From positions 62,001-126,000 of the forward strand of contig CAXHJY010000409.1 in the NCBI GenBank assembly GCA_964016885.1: a stretch of DNA of 64,000 nucleotides, given 5' to 3'. The stretch's first letter is position 1. Every line of letters starts with the position of its first letter. Below the pieces are notes generated by a model. That model did no database searches and was not told the DNA's origin. It saw only the letters and a program-made list of their open reading frames with translations. Shown in pieces: positions 1 to 16,400 of the stretch. The stretch is from Eledone cirrhosa (taxonomy: Eukaryota). A program made the position numbers and the translations under genes.

Positions 1-3000
1 TAAATATATGTAAGATATAGCACTACTGTCGTCATATTTGGCAATGGTTTAAATAAATATATGTAAGATATAGCACTAGTGTCCTCATATTTGGCAATGG
101 TTTAAATAAATATATGTAAGCTATAGCACTACTGTCCTCATATTTGGCAATGGTTTAAATATATGTAAGATATAGCACTACTGTCTTCATATTTGGCCAT
201 GGTTTAAATATATGTAAGATATAGCACTGCTGTCTTCATATTTGGCAATGGTTTAAATATATGTAAGATATAGCACTACTGTCCTCATATTTGGCAATGG
301 TTTAAATATATGTAAGATATAGCACTACTGTCCTCATATTTGGCAATGGTTTAAATAAATATATGTAAGATATAGCACTAGTGTCCTCATATTTGGCAAT
401 GGTTTAAATATATGCAAGATATAGCACTACTGTCTTCATATTTGGCAATGGTTTAAATATATGTAAGATATAGCACTACTGTCCTCATATTTGGCAATGG
501 TTTAAATATATGTAAGATATAGCACTACTGTCCTCATATTTGGCAATGGTTTAAATAAATATATGTAAGATATAGCACTAGTGTCCTCATATTTGGCAAT
601 GGTTTAAATAAATATATGTAAGCTATAGCACTACTGTCCTCATATTTGGCAATGGTTTAAATATATGTAAGATATAGCACTACTGTCTTCATATTTGGCC
701 ATGGTTTAAATATATGTAAGAAATAGCACTACTGTCTTCATATTTGGCAATGGTTTAAATATATGTAAGATATAGCACTACTGTCCTCATATTTGGCAAT
801 GGTTTAAATATATGTAAGATATAGCACTACTGTCCTCATATTTGGCAATGGTTTAAATAAATATATGTAAGATATAGCACTAGTGTCCTCATATTTGGCA
901 ATGGTTTAAATATATGCAAGATATAGCACTACTGTCTTCATATTTGGCAATGGTTTAAATATATGTAAGAGATAGCACTACTGTCCTCATATTTGGCAAT
1001 GGTTTAAATATATGTAAGATATAGCACTACTGTCCTCATATTTGGCAATGGTTTAAATAAATATATGTAAGATATAGCACTAGTGTCCTCATATTTGGCA
1101 ATGGTTTAAATAAATATATGTAAGCTATAGCACTACTGTCCTCATATTTGGCAATGGTTTAAATATATGTAAGATATAGCACTACTGTCCTCATATTTGG
1201 CAATGGTTTAAATATATGTAAGATATAGCACTACTGTCCTCATATTTGACCATGGTTTAAATATATGTAAGATATAGCACTACTGTCTTCATATTTGGCA
1301 ATGGTTTAAATATATGTAAGATATAGCACTACTGTCCTCATATTTGGCAATGGCTTAAATATATGTGAGATATAGCACTACTGTTTTCATATTAGGCAAT
1401 GGTTTAAATATATGTAAGATATAGCACTACTGTCTTCATATTTGGCAATGGTTTAAATATATGTAAGATATAGCACTACTGTCGTCATATTTGGCAATGG
1501 TTTAAATATATGCAAGATATAGCACTACTGTCCTCCTATTTGACCATGGTTTAAATATATGTAAGATATAGCACTACTGTCCTCATATTTGGCAATGGTT
1601 TAAATATATGTAAGATATAGCACTACTGCCTTCATATTCGGCAACGGTTTAAATATATGTAAGATATAGCACTAGTGTCCTCATATTTGGCAATGGTTTA
1701 AATATATGTAAGATATAGCACTACTGCCTTCATATTTGGCAATGGTTTAAATATATGTAAGATATAGCACTAGTGTCCTCATATTTGGCAATGGTTTAAA
1801 TAAATATATGTAAGATATAGCACTAGTGTCCTCATATTTGGCAATGGTTTAAATAAATATATGTAAGATATAGCACTACTGTCGTCATATTTGGCAATGG
1901 TTTAAATAAATATATGTAAGATATAGCACTAGTGTCCTCATATTTGGCAATGGTTTAAATATATGTAAGTTATAGCACTAGTGTCCTCATTTTTGGCAAT
2001 GGTTTAAATATATCTAAGCTATAGCACTACTGTCCTCATATTTGGCAATGGTTTAAATATATGTAAGATATAGCACTACTGTCTTCATATTTGGCAATGG
2101 TTTAAATATATGTAAGATATAGCACTACTGTCCTCATATTTGGCAATGGCTTAAATATATGTAAGATATAGCACTACTGTTTTCATATTAGGCAATGGTT
2201 TAAATATATGTAAGATATAGCACTACTGTCTTCATATTTGGCAATGGTTTAAATATATGTAAGATATAGCACTACTGTCCTCATATTTGGCAATGGCTTA
2301 AATATATGTAAGATATAGCACTACTGTTTTGATATTAGGCAATGGTTTAAATATATGTAAGATATAGCACTACTGTCCTCATATTTGGCAATGGTTTAAA
2401 TATATGCAAGATATAGCACTACTGCCTTCATATTCGGCAACGGTTTAAATATATGTAAGATATAGCATTACTGCCTTCATATTTGGCAATGGTTTAAATA
2501 TATGTAAGATATAGCACTAGTGTCCTCATATTTGGCAAATGGTTTAAATAAATATATGTAAGATATAGCACTACTGTCCTCATATTTGGCAATGGTTTAA
2601 ATATATGTAAGATATAGCACTACTGTCCTCATATTTGGCAATGGTTTAAATATATGTAAGATATAGCACTACTGTCTTCATATTTGGCAATGGTTTAAAT
2701 ATATGTAAGATATAGCACTACTGTCCTCATATTTGGCAATGGTTTAAATATATGTAAGATATAGCACTACTGTCCTCATATTTGGCAATGTTTTAAATAA
2801 ATATATGTAAGATATAGCACTAGTGTCTTCATATTTGGCAATGGTTTAAATATATGTAAGATATAGCACTACTGTCTTCATATTTGGCCATGGTTTAAAT
2901 ATATGTAAGATATAGCACTACTGTCCTCATATTTGGCAATGGTTTAACTATATGCAAGATATAGCACTACTGTCTTCATATTTGGCAATGGTTTAAATAT

Positions 3001-6000
3001 ATGTAAGATATAGCACTACTGTCCTCATATTTGGCAATGGTTTAAATATATGTAAGATATAGCACTACTGTCCTCATATTTGGCAATGGTTTAAATAAAT
3101 ATATGTAAGATATAGCACTACTGTCCTCATATTTGGCAATGGTTTAAATAAATATATGTAAGATATAGCACTACTGTCCTCATATTTTGCAATGGTTTAA
3201 ATATATGTAAGATATAGCACTACTGTCCTCATATTTGGCAATGGTTTAAATATATGTAAGATATAGCACTACTGTCCTCATATTTGACCATGGTTTAAAT
3301 ATATGTAAGATATAGCACTACTGTCTTCATATTTGGCAATGGTTTAAATATATGTAAGATATAGCACTACTGTCCTCATATTTGGCAATGGCTTAAATAT
3401 ATGTGAGATATAGCACTACTGTTTTCATATTAGGCAATGGTTTAAATATATGTAAGATATAGCACTACTGTCTTCATATTTGGCAATGGTTTAAATATAT
3501 GTAAGATATAGCACTAGTGTCCTCATATTTGGCAATGGCTTAAATATATGTAAGATATAGCACTACTGTTTTCATATTTGGCAATGGTTTAAATATATGT
3601 AAGATATAGCACTACTGTCCTCATATTTGGCAATGGTTTAAATATAAGTAAGATATAGTACTACTGTTTTCATAGTTGGCAATGGTTTAAATATATGTAA
3701 GATATAGCACTACTGTCCTCATATTTGGCAATGGTTTAAATATATGTAAGATATAGCACAACTGTCTTCATATTTGGCAATGGTTTAAATATATGTAAGA
3801 TATAGCACAACTGTCTTCATATTTGGCAATGGTTTAAATATATGTAAGATATAGCACTACTGTCTTCATATTTGGCAATGGTTTAAATATATGTAAGATA
3901 TAGCACTACTGTCGTCATATTTGGCAATGGTTTAAATATATGTAAGATATAGCACTACTGTCGTCATATTTGGCAATGGTTTAAATATATGTAAGATATA
4001 GCACTACTGTCCTCATATTTGGCAATGGTTTAAATATATGCAAGATATAGCACTACTGTTCTCCTATTTGACCATGGTTTAAATATATGTAAGATATAGC
4101 ACTACTGTCCTCATATTTGGCAATGGTTTAAATATATGTAAGATATAGCACTACTGCCTTCATATTCGGCAACGGTTTAAATATATGTAAGATATAGCAT
4201 TACTGCCTTCATATTTGGCAATGGTTTAAATATATGTAAGATATAGCACTAGTGTCCTCATATTTGGCAATGGTTTAAATAAATATATGTAAGATATAGC
4301 ACTACTGTCGTCATATTTGGCAATGGGTTAAATAAATATATGTAAGATATAGCACTAGTGTCCTCATATTTGGCAATGGTTTAAATATATGTAAGATATA
4401 GCACTACTGTCCTCATTTTTGGCAATGGTTTAAATATATCTAAGCTATAGCACTACTGTCCTCATATTTGGCAATGGTTTAAATATATGTAAGATATAGC
4501 ACTACTGTCTTCATATTTGGCAATGGTTTAAATATATGTAAGATATAGCACTACTGTCCTCATATTTGGCAATGGCTTAAATATATGTAAGATATAGCAC
4601 TACTGTTTTCATATTAGGCAATGGTTTAAATATATGTAAGATATAGCACAACTGTCTTCATATTTGGCAATGGTTTAAATATATGTAAGATATAGCACTA
4701 CTGTCCTCATATTTGACCATGGTTTAAATATATGTAAGATATAGCACTACTGTCTTCATATTTGGCAATGGTTTAAATATATGTAAGATATAGCACTACT
4801 GTCCTCATATTTGGCAATGGTTTAAATATATGTAAGATATAGCACTACTGTCCTCATATTTGGCAATGGTTTAAATATATGCAAGATATAGCACTACTGT
4901 CCTCATATTTGGCAATGGTTTAAATATATGTAAGATATAGCACTACTGTCTTCATATTTGGCCATGGTTTAAATATATGCAAGATATAGCACTACTGTCT
5001 TCATATTTGGCCATGGTTTAAATATATGTAAGATATAGCACTACTGCCTTCATATTCGGCAACGGTTTAAATATATGTAAGATATAGCATTACTGCCTTC
5101 ATATTTGGCAATGGTTTAAATATATGTAAGATATAGCACTAGTGTCCTCATATTTGGCAATGGTTTAAATAAATATATGTAAGATATAGCACTACTGTCC
5201 TCATATTTGGCAATGGTTTAAATATATGTAAGATATAGCACTACTGTCCTCATATTTGGCAATGGTTTAAATATATGTAAGATATAGCACTACTGTCTTC
5301 ATATTTGGCAATGGTTTAAATATATGTAAGATATAGCACTACTGTCCTCATATTTGGCAATGGTTTAAATATATGTAAGATATAGCACTACTGTCCTCAT
5401 ATTTGGCAATGGTTTAAATAAATATATGTAAGATATAGCACTACTGTCCTCATATTTGGCAATGGTTTAAATAAATATATGTAAGATATAGCACTAGTGT
5501 CTTCATATTTGGCAATGGTTTAAATATATGTAAGATATAGCACTACTGTCTTCATATTTGGCCATGGTTTAAATATATGTCAGATATAGCACTACTGTCT
5601 TCATATTTGGCCATGGTTTAAATATATGTAAGATATAGCACTACTGTCCTCATATTTGGCAATGGTTTAAATATATGTAAGATATAGCACTACTGTCTTC
5701 ATATTTGGCCATGGTTTAAATATATGTAAGATATAGCACTACTGTCCTCATATTTGGCAATGGTTTAACTATATGCAAGATATAGCACTACTGTCTTCAT
5801 ATTTGGCAATGGTTTAAATATATGTAAGATATAGCACTACTGTCCTCATATTTGGCAATGGTTTAAATATATGTAAGATATAGCACTAGTGTCCTCATAT
5901 TTGGCAATGGTTTAAATAAATATATGTAAGATATAGCACTACTGTCCTCATATTTGGCAATGGTTTAAATAAATATATGTAAGATATAGCACTACTGTCC

Positions 6001-9000
6001 TCATATTTGGCAATGGTTTAAATATATGTAAGATATAGCACTACTGTCCTCATATTTGGCAATGGTTTAACTATATGCAAGATATAGCACTACTGTCTTC
6101 ATATTTGGCAATGGTTTAAATATATGTAAGATATAGCACTACTGTCTTCATATTTGGCAATGGTTTAAATATATGTAAGATATAGCACTAGTGTCCTCAT
6201 ATTTGGCAATGGTTTAAATAAATATATGTAAGATATAGCACTACTGTCGTCATATTTGGCAATGGGTTAAATAAATATATGTAAGATATAGCACTAGTGT
6301 CCTCATATTTGGCAATGGTTTAAATATATGTAAGATATAGCACTACTGTCCTCATTTTTGGCAATGGTTTAAATATATCTAAGCTATAGCACTACTGTCC
6401 TCATATTTGGCAATGGTTTAAATATATGTAAGATATAGCACTACTGTCTTCATATTTGGCAATGGTTTAAATATATGTAAGATATAGCACTACTGTCCTC
6501 ATATTTGGCAATGGCTTAAATATATGTAAGATATAGCACTACTGTTTTCATATTAGGCAATGGTTTAAATATATGTAAGATATAGCACAACTGTCTTCAT
6601 ATTTGGCAATGGTTTAAATATATGTAAGATATAGCACTACTGTCCTCATATTTGACCATGGTTTAAATATATGTAAGATATAGCACTACTGTCTTCATAT
6701 TTGGCAATGGTTTAAATATATGTAAGATATAGCACTACTGTCCTCATATTTGGCAATGGTTTAAATATATGTAAGATATAGCACTACTGTCCTCATATTT
6801 GGCAATGGTTTAAATATATGCAAGATATAGCACTACTGTCCTCATATTTGGCAATGGTTTAAATATATGTAAGATATAGCACTACTGTCTTCATATTTGG
6901 CCATGGTTTAAATATATGCAAGATATAGCACTACTGTCTTCATATTTGGCCATGGTTTAAATATATGTAAGATATAGCACTACTGCCTTCATATTCGGCA
7001 ACGGTTTAAATATATGTAAGATATAGCATTACTGCCTTCATATTTGGCAATGGTTTAAATATATGTAAGATATAGCACTAGTGTCCTCATATTTGGCAAT
7101 GGTTTAAATAAATATATGTAAGATATAGCACTACTGTCCTCATATTTGGCAATGGTTTAAATATATGTAAGATATAGCACTACTGTCCTCATATTTGGCA
7201 ATGGTTTAAATATATGTAAGATATAGCACTACTGTCTTCATATTTGGCAATGGTTTAAATATATGTAAGATATAGCACTACTGTCCTCATATTTGGCAAT
7301 GGTTTAAATAAATATATGTAAGATATAGCACTAGTGTCCTCATATTAGGCAATGGTTTAAATATATGTAAGATATAGCACTACTGTCTTCATATTTGGCA
7401 ATGGTTTAAATAAATATATGTAAGATATAGCACTACTGTCTTCATATTTGGCAATGGTTTAAATAAATATATGTAAGCTATAGCACTACTGTCCTCATAT
7501 TTGGCAATGGTTTAAATATATGTAAGATATAGCATTACTGTCCTCATATTTGGCAATGGTTTAAATATATGTAAGATATAGCACTACTGTTTTCATATTT
7601 GGCAATGGTTTAAATATATGTAAGATATAGCACTAGTGTCTTCATATTTGGCAATGATTTAAATATATGCAAGATATAGCACTACTGTCTTCATATTTGG
7701 CAATGGTTTAAATATATGCAAGATATAGCACTAGTGTCTTCATATTTGGCAATGATTTAAATATATGCAAGATATAGCACTACTGTCTTCATATTTGGCA
7801 ATGGTTTAAATATATGTAAGATATAGCACTACTGTCTTCATATTTGGCAATGGTTTAAATATATGTAAGATATAGCACTACTGTCCTCATATTTGGCAAT
7901 GGTTTAAATATATGTAAGATATAGCACTACTGTCCTCATATTTGGCAATGGTTTAAATATATGTAAGATATAGCACTAGTGTCCTCATATTTGGCAATGG
8001 TTTAAATATATGTAAGATATAGCACTACTGTCTTCATATTTGGCCATGGTTTAAATATATGTAAGCTATAGCACTACTGTCCTCATATTTGGCAATGGTT
8101 TAAATAAATATATGTAAGATATAGCACTACTGTCCTCATATTTGGCAATGGTTTAAATATATGCAAGATATAGCACTACTGTCTTCATATTTGGCAATGG
8201 TTTAAATATATGTAAGATATAGCACTACTGTCCTCATATTTGGCAATGGTTTAAATATATGTAAGATATAGCACTACTGTCCTCATATTTGGCAATGGTT
8301 TAAATATATGTAAGATATAGCACTACTGTCCTCATATTTGGCAATGGTTTAAATAAATATATGTAAGATATAGCACTAGTGTCCTCATATTTGGCAATGG
8401 TTTAAATAAATATATGTAAGCTATAGCACTACTGTCCTCATATTTGGCAATGGTTTAAATATATGTAAGATATAGCACTACTGTCTTCATATTTGGCAAT
8501 GGTTTAAATATATGCAAGATACAGCACTACTGTCTTCATATTTGGCAATGGTTTAAATATATGTAAGATACAGCACTACTGTCCTCATATTTGGCAATGG
8601 TTTAAATATATGTAAGATATAGCACTACTGTCCTCATATTTGGCAATGGTTTAAATATATGCAAGATATAGCACTACTGTCTTCATATTTGGCAATGGTT
8701 TAAATATATGTAAGATATAGCACTAGTGTCCTCATATTTGGCAATGGTTTAAATATATGTAAGATATAGCACTACTGTCCTCATATTTGGCAATGGTTTA
8801 AATAAATATATGTAAGATATAGCACTAGTGTCCTCATATTTGGCAATGGTTTAAATATATGTAAGATATAGCACTACTGTCCTCATATTTGGCAATGGTT
8901 TAAATATATGTAAGATATAGCACTACTGTCCTCCTATTTGACCATGGTTTAAATATATGTAAGATATAGCACTACTGTCCTCATATTTGGCAATGGTTTA

Positions 9001-9440
9001 AATATATGTAAGATATAGCACTACTGTCCTCATATTTGGCATTGGTTTAAATATATGTAAGATATAGCACTACTGCCTTCATATTCGGCAACGGTTTAAA
9101 TATATGTAAGATATAGCATTACTGCCTTCATATTTGGCAATGGTTTAAATATATGTAAGATATAGCACTAGTGTCCTCATATTTGGCAATGGTTTAAATA
9201 AATATATGTAAGATATAGCACTACTGTCCTCATATTTGGCAATGGTTTAAATAAATATATGTAAGATATAGCACTAGTGTCCTCATATTTGGCAATGGTT
9301 TAAATATATGTAAGATATAGCACTACTGTCTTCATATTTGGCAATGGTTTAAATATATGTAAGATATAGCACTACTGTCCTCATATTTGGCAATGGTTTA
9401 AATATATGTAAGATATAGCACTACTTCCCTCATATTTGGC

Positions 9441-9443
<3 letters not shown>
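1..9443. repeat. 49-bp AT-rich tandem satellite, left part (consensus ATATATGTAAGATATAGCACTACTGTCCTCATATTTGGCAATGGTTTAA; 53-bp variants with extra TAAA)
   Basis: Directly visible periodicity (e.g. TTTGGCAATGG at 241 and 290); runs off the window start. Confidence 0.98.
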
Positions 9444-9472
<29 letters not shown>

Positions 9473-9556
9473 GGTTTAGCGTCCGTGTTCCACGCTTGCA
9501 TGGGTTTGGACGGGGGTTTTCCCACTTGAGGCAAGAGTTGTTGTCTTGCTCGCATA

Positions 9557-9790
9557 GGACTGTCTGGCGGGTTTTCTACAGTTGGATGCCCTTCCTAACA
9601 CCAACCACATTTACAGTGTGGGGCTGGGAGGTTTTTACCGTGTTGCCTACAAGGCCACATTACAGCGTGGACTGTCTGGCGGGTTTTCTACAGCTGGATG
9701 CCCTTCCTAACACCAACCACATTTACAGTGTGGGGCTGGGAGGTTTTTACCGTGTTGCCTACACGGCCACATTTACAGCGTGGACTGTGT
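9557..9790. repeat. ~112-bp tandem duplication within the LINE 3' UTR
   Basis: GGACTGTCTGGCGGG at 9557 and 9669; GGACTGT again at 9782. Confidence 0.9.
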
Positions 9791-9956
9791 GTTTTTTGTC
9801 GTGACACCTACACGATCTCATTTGTTTCGGCCTGGATGTTGTGGGACCAACATAACTTTACATTGAAAGGGGCAGTGTGGGTGGGGTGGAGGTGGTGGGA
9901 CGGGGGTGTGTTTTGATAGAGATGCCTACTGACTGTAGTAGGTTTTTAGTTTGTAT

Positions 9957-10477
9957 TTAGGTAAGGCGGGTCTTCTCTATTACTGAGTACCGCCAAAGGT
10001 CGCGGTCCAGTGACATTGTCTTGGAGAGGTGTAAGCGTGTGAGGTCGGAATTTATCAGCTCGTCCCATGTTTTTCTGGGTCTGCCTACTCCGTGGCTACC
10101 GTCTATCTTTATTGCCCTGCACTTTGTTATACAGCTGTCGTCTTTCATGCGCATCACGTGACCGTACCAACGTAGCCTTCTCTCGAGTAAACAACATCTG
10201 ATCCCTCTTATTTCTAATTTTTTCCTTAGTTCGTTTATGCTTTGCCGTTCACGTATATTACTATTGCACATCCAGCGGAGCATGCAAGCTTCGTTCCTCT
10301 CTAGTCTACGTATATCCTCTGCACACAATGCCCAGGTCTCACTGCCATGCAGCATTGCTGTTCGTATGCAGGCATCGTATAACCTGCCTTTCATTTTTAG
10401 GGAGAACCCTCTAGCGGCTAATAGTGGTATAAGCTCTCTGAACTTTTTCCATCCAGTTCTGACTCTAGCTACTGTAC
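9957..10477 (-). pseudogene. C-terminal (post-RT) part of an RTE-clade ORF, open but 5'-truncated
   Basis: RTGWKKFREL..KGRLYDACIRTAMLHGSETW..RRLRWYGHVMRM..GRPRKTWDE motifs typical of RTE non-LTR elements; no stops up to the truncation point. Confidence 0.88.
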
Positions 10478-13400
10478 TGGCAATGGTTTAAATATATGTA
10501 ACATATAGCACTAGTGTCCTCATATTTGGCAATGGTTTAAATATATGTAAGATATAGCACTAGTGTCCTCATATTTGGCAATGGTTTAAATATATGTAAG
10601 ATATAGCACTACTGTCTTCATATTTGGGCATGGTTTAAATATATGTAAGATATAGCACTACTGTCCTCATATTTGACCATGGTTTAAATATATGTAAGAT
10701 ATAGCACTAGTGTCCTCATATTAGGCAATGGTTTAAATATATGTAAGATATAGCACTACTGTCTTCATATTTGGCAATGGTTTAAATAAATATATGTAAG
10801 ATATAGCACTACTGTCTTCATATTTGGCAATGGTTTAAATAAATATATGTAAGCTATAGCACTACTGTCCTCATATTTGGCAATGGTTTAAATATATGTA
10901 AGATATAGCATTACTGTCCTCATATTTGGCAATGGTTTAAATATATGTAAGATATAGCACTACTGTTTTCATATTTGGCAATGGTTTAAATATATGTAAG
11001 CTATAGCACTACTGTCCTCATATTTGGCAATGGTTTAAATAAATATATGTAAGCTATAGCACTACTGTCTTCATATTTGGCCATGGTTTAAATATATGTA
11101 AGATATAGCACTACTGTCCTCATATTTGGCCATGGTTTAAATATATGTAAGATATAGCACTACTGTTTTCATATTTGGCAATGGTTTAAATATATGTAAG
11201 CTATAGCACTACTGTCTTCATATTTGGCCATGGTTTAAATATATGTAAGATATAGCACTACTGTCTTCATATTTGGCCATGGTTTAAATATATGTAAGAT
11301 ATAGCACTACTGTCCTCATATTTGGCAATGGTTTAAATATATGTAAGATATAGCACTAGTGTCCTCATATTTGGCAATGGTTTAAATATATGTAAGATAT
11401 AGCACTACTGTCTTCATATTTGGCCATGGTTTAAATATATGTAAGATATAGCACTACTGTCCTCATATTTGGCAATGGTTTAAATATATGCAAGATATAG
11501 CACTACTGTCTTCATATTTGGCAATGGTTTAAATATATGTAAGATATAGCACTACTGTCCTCATATTTGGCAATGGTTTAAATATATGTAAGATATAGCA
11601 CTACTGTCGTCATATTTGGCAATGGTTTAAATAAATATATGTAAGATATAGCACTAGTGTCCTCATATTTGGCAATGGTTTAAATAAATATATGTAAGCT
11701 ATAGCACTACTGTCCTCATATTTGGCAATGGTTTAAATATATGTAAGATATAGCACTACTGTCTTCATATTTGGCCATGGTTTAAATATATGTAAGATAT
11801 AGCACTGCTGTCTTCATATTTGGCAATGGTTTAAATATATGTAAGATATAGCACTACTGTCCTCATATTTGGCAATGGTTTAAATATATGTAAGATATAG
11901 CACTACTGTCCTCATATTTGGCAATGGTTTAAATAAATATATGTAAGATATAGCACTAGTGTCCTCATATTTGGCAATGGTTTAAATATATGCAAGATAT
12001 AGCACTACTGTCTTCATATTTGGCAATGGTTTAAATATATGTAAGATATAGCACTACTGTCCTCATATTTGGCAATGGTTTAAATATATGTAAGATATAG
12101 CACTACTGTCCTCATATTTGGCAATGGTTTAAATAAATATATGTAAGATATAGCACTAGTGTCCTCATATTTGGCAATGGTTTAAATAAATATATGTAAG
12201 CTATAGCACTACTGTCCTCATATTTGGCAATGGTTTAAATATATGTAAGATATAGCACTACTGTCTTCATATTTGGCCATGGTTTAAATATATGTAAGAT
12301 ATAGCACTACTGTCTTCATATTTGGCAATGGTTTAAATATATGTAAGATATAGCACTACTGTCCTCATATTTGGCAATGGTTTAAATATATGTAAGATAT
12401 AGCACTACTGTCCTCATATTTGGCAATGGTTTAAATAAATATATGTAAGATATAGCACTAGTGTCCTCATATTTGGCAATGGTTTAAATATATGCAAGAT
12501 ATAGCACTACTGTCTTCATATTTGGCAATGGTTTAAATATATGTAAGAGATAGCACTACTGTCCTCATATTTGGCAATGGTTTAAATATATGTAAGATAT
12601 AGCACTACTGTCCTCATATTTGGCAATGGTTTAAATAAATATATGTAAGATATAGCACTAGTGTCCTCATATTTGGCAATGGTTTAAATAAATATATGTA
12701 AGCTATAGCACTACTGTCCTCATATTTGGCAATGGTTTAAATATATGTAAGATATAGCACTACTGTCCTCATATTTGGCAATGGTTTAAATATATGTAAG
12801 ATATAGCACTACTGTCCTCATATTTGACCATGGTTTAAATATATGTAAGATATAGCACTACTGTCTTCATATTTGGCAATGGTTTAAATATATGTAAGAT
12901 ATAGCACTACTGTCCTCATATTTGGCAATGGCTTAAATATATGTGAGATATAGCACTACTGTTTTCATATTAGGCAATGGTTTAAATATATGTAAGATAT
13001 AGCACTACTGTCTTCATATTTGGCAATGGTTTAAATATATGTAAGATATAGCACTACTGTCGTCATATTTGGCAATGGTTTAAATATATGCAAGATATAG
13101 CACTACTGTCCTCCTATTTGACCATGGTTTAAATATATGTAAGATATAGCACTACTGTCCTCATATTTGGCAATGGTTTAAATATATGTAAGATATAGCA
13201 CTACTGCCTTCATATTCGGCAACGGTTTAAATATATGTAAGATATAGCACTAGTGTCCTCATATTTGGCAATGGTTTAAATATATGTAAGATATAGCACT
13301 ACTGCCTTCATATTTGGCAATGGTTTAAATATATGTAAGATATAGCACTAGTGTCCTCATATTTGGCAATGGTTTAAATAAATATATGTAAGATATAGCA

Positions 13401-16400
13401 CTAGTGTCCTCATATTTGGCAATGGTTTAAATAAATATATGTAAGATATAGCACTACTGTCGTCATATTTGGCAATGGTTTAAATAAATATATGTAAGAT
13501 ATAGCACTAGTGTCCTCATATTTGGCAATGGTTTAAATATATGTAAGTTATAGCACTAGTGTCCTCATTTTTGGCAATGGTTTAAATATATCTAAGCTAT
13601 AGCACTACTGTCCTCATATTTGGCAATGGTTTAAATATATGTAAGATATAGCACTACTGTCTTCATATTTGGCAATGGTTTAAATATATGTAAGATATAG
13701 CACTACTGTCCTCATATTTGGCAATGGCTTAAATATATGTAAGATATAGCACTACTGTTTTCATATTAGGCAATGGTTTAAATATATGTAAGATATAGCA
13801 CTACTGTCTTCATATTTGGCAATGGTTTAAATATATGTAAGATATAGCACTACTGTCCTCATATTTGGCAATGGCTTAAATATATGTAAGATATAGCACT
13901 ACTGTTTTGATATTAGGCAATGGTTTAAATATATGTAAGATATAGCACTACTGTCCTCATATTTGGCAATGGTTTAAATATATGCAAGATATAGCACTAC
14001 TGCCTTCATATTCGGCAACGGTTTAAATATATGTAAGATATAGCATTACTGCCTTCATATTTGGCAATGGTTTAAATATATGTAAGATATAGCACTAGTG
14101 TCCTCATATTTGGCAAATGGTTTAAATAAATATATGTAAGATATAGCACTACTGTCCTCATATTTGGCAATGGTTTAAATATATGTAAGATATAGCACTA
14201 CTGTCCTCATATTTGGCAATGGTTTAAATATATGTAAGATATAGCACTACTGTCTTCATATTTGGCAATGGTTTAAATATATGTAAGATATAGCACTACT
14301 GTCCTCATATTTGGCAATGGTTTAAATATATGTAAGATATAGCACTACTGTCCTCATATTTGGCAATGGTTTAAATAAATATATGTAAGATATAGCACTA
14401 GTGTCTTCATATTTGGCAATGGTTTAAATATATGTAAGATATAGCACTACTGTCTTCATATTTGGCCATGGTTTAAATATATGTAAGATATAGCACTACT
14501 GTCCTCATATTTGGCAATGGTTTAACTATATGCAAGATATAGCACTACTGTCTTCATATTTGGCAATGGTTTAAATATATGTAAGATATAGCACTACTGT
14601 CCTCATATTTGGCAATGGTTTAAATATATGTAAGATATAGCACTACTGTCCTCATATTTGGCAATGGTTTAAATAAATATATGTAAGATATAGCACTACT
14701 GTCCTCATATTTGGCAATGGTTTAAATAAATATATGTAAGATATAGCACTACTGTCCTCATATTTTGCAATGGTTTAAATATATGTAAGATATAGCACTA
14801 CTGTCCTCATATTTGGCAATGGTTTAAATATATGTAAGATATAGCACTACTGTCCTCATATTTGACCATGGTTTAAATATATGTAAGATATAGCACTACT
14901 GTCTTCATATTTGGCAATGGTTTAAATATATGTAAGATATAGCACTACTGTCCTCATATTTGGCAATGGCTTAAATATATGTGAGATATAGCACTACTGT
15001 TTTCATATTAGGCAATGGTTTAAATATATGTAAGATATAGCACTACTGTCTTCATATTTGGCAATGGTTTAAATATATGTAAGATATAGCACTAGTGTCC
15101 TCATATTTGGCAATGGCTTAAATATATGTAAGATATAGCACTACTGTTTTCATATTTGGCAATGGTTTAAATATATGTAAGATATAGCACTACTGTCCTC
15201 ATATTTGGCAATGGTTTAAATATAAGTAAGATATAGTACTACTGTTTTCATAGTTGGCAATGGTTTAAATATATGTAAGATATAGCACTACTGTCCTCAT
15301 ATTTGGCAATGGTTTAAATATATGTAAGATATAGCACAACTGTCTTCATATTTGGCAATGGTTTAAATATATGTAAGATATAGCACAACTGTCTTCATAT
15401 TTGGCAATGGTTTAAATATATGTAAGATATAGCACTACTGTCTTCATATTTGGCAATGGTTTAAATATATGTAAGATATAGCACTACTGTCGTCATATTT
15501 GGCAATGGTTTAAATATATGTAAGATATAGCACTACTGTCGTCATATTTGGCAATGGTTTAAATATATGTAAGATATAGCACTACTGTCCTCATATTTGG
15601 CAATGGTTTAAATATATGCAAGATATAGCACTACTGTTCTCCTATTTGACCATGGTTTAAATATATGTAAGATATAGCACTACTGTCCTCATATTTGGCA
15701 ATGGTTTAAATATATGTAAGATATAGCACTACTGCCTTCATATTCGGCAACGGTTTAAATATATGTAAGATATAGCATTACTGCCTTCATATTTGGCAAT
15801 GGTTTAAATATATGTAAGATATAGCACTAGTGTCCTCATATTTGGCAATGGTTTAAATAAATATATGTAAGATATAGCACTACTGTCGTCATATTTGGCA
15901 ATGGGTTAAATAAATATATGTAAGATATAGCACTAGTGTCCTCATATTTGGCAATGGTTTAAATATATGTAAGATATAGCACTACTGTCCTCATTTTTGG
16001 CAATGGTTTAAATATATCTAAGCTATAGCACTACTGTCCTCATATTTGGCAATGGTTTAAATATATGTAAGATATAGCACTACTGTCTTCATATTTGGCA
16101 ATGGTTTAAATATATGTAAGATATAGCACTACTGTCCTCATATTTGGCAATGGCTTAAATATATGTAAGATATAGCACTACTGTTTTCATATTAGGCAAT
16201 GGTTTAAATATATGTAAGATATAGCACAACTGTCTTCATATTTGGCAATGGTTTAAATATATGTAAGATATAGCACTACTGTCCTCATATTTGACCATGG
16301 TTTAAATATATGTAAGATATAGCACTACTGTCTTCATATTTGGCAATGGTTTAAATATATGTAAGATATAGCACTACTGTCCTCATATTTGGCAATGGTT

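Larger units (their letters stand above)
9444..10477 (-). mobile_element. 5'-truncated RTE-clade LINE inserted in the satellite; (GAT)n 3' tail; 7-bp TSD TGGCAAT
   Basis: (ATC)n on + strand at 9444-9471; TGGCAAT at 9437-9443 and 10478-10484; minus-strand ORF with RTE C-terminal motifs; satellite phase resumes exactly after the insert. Confidence 0.93.
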
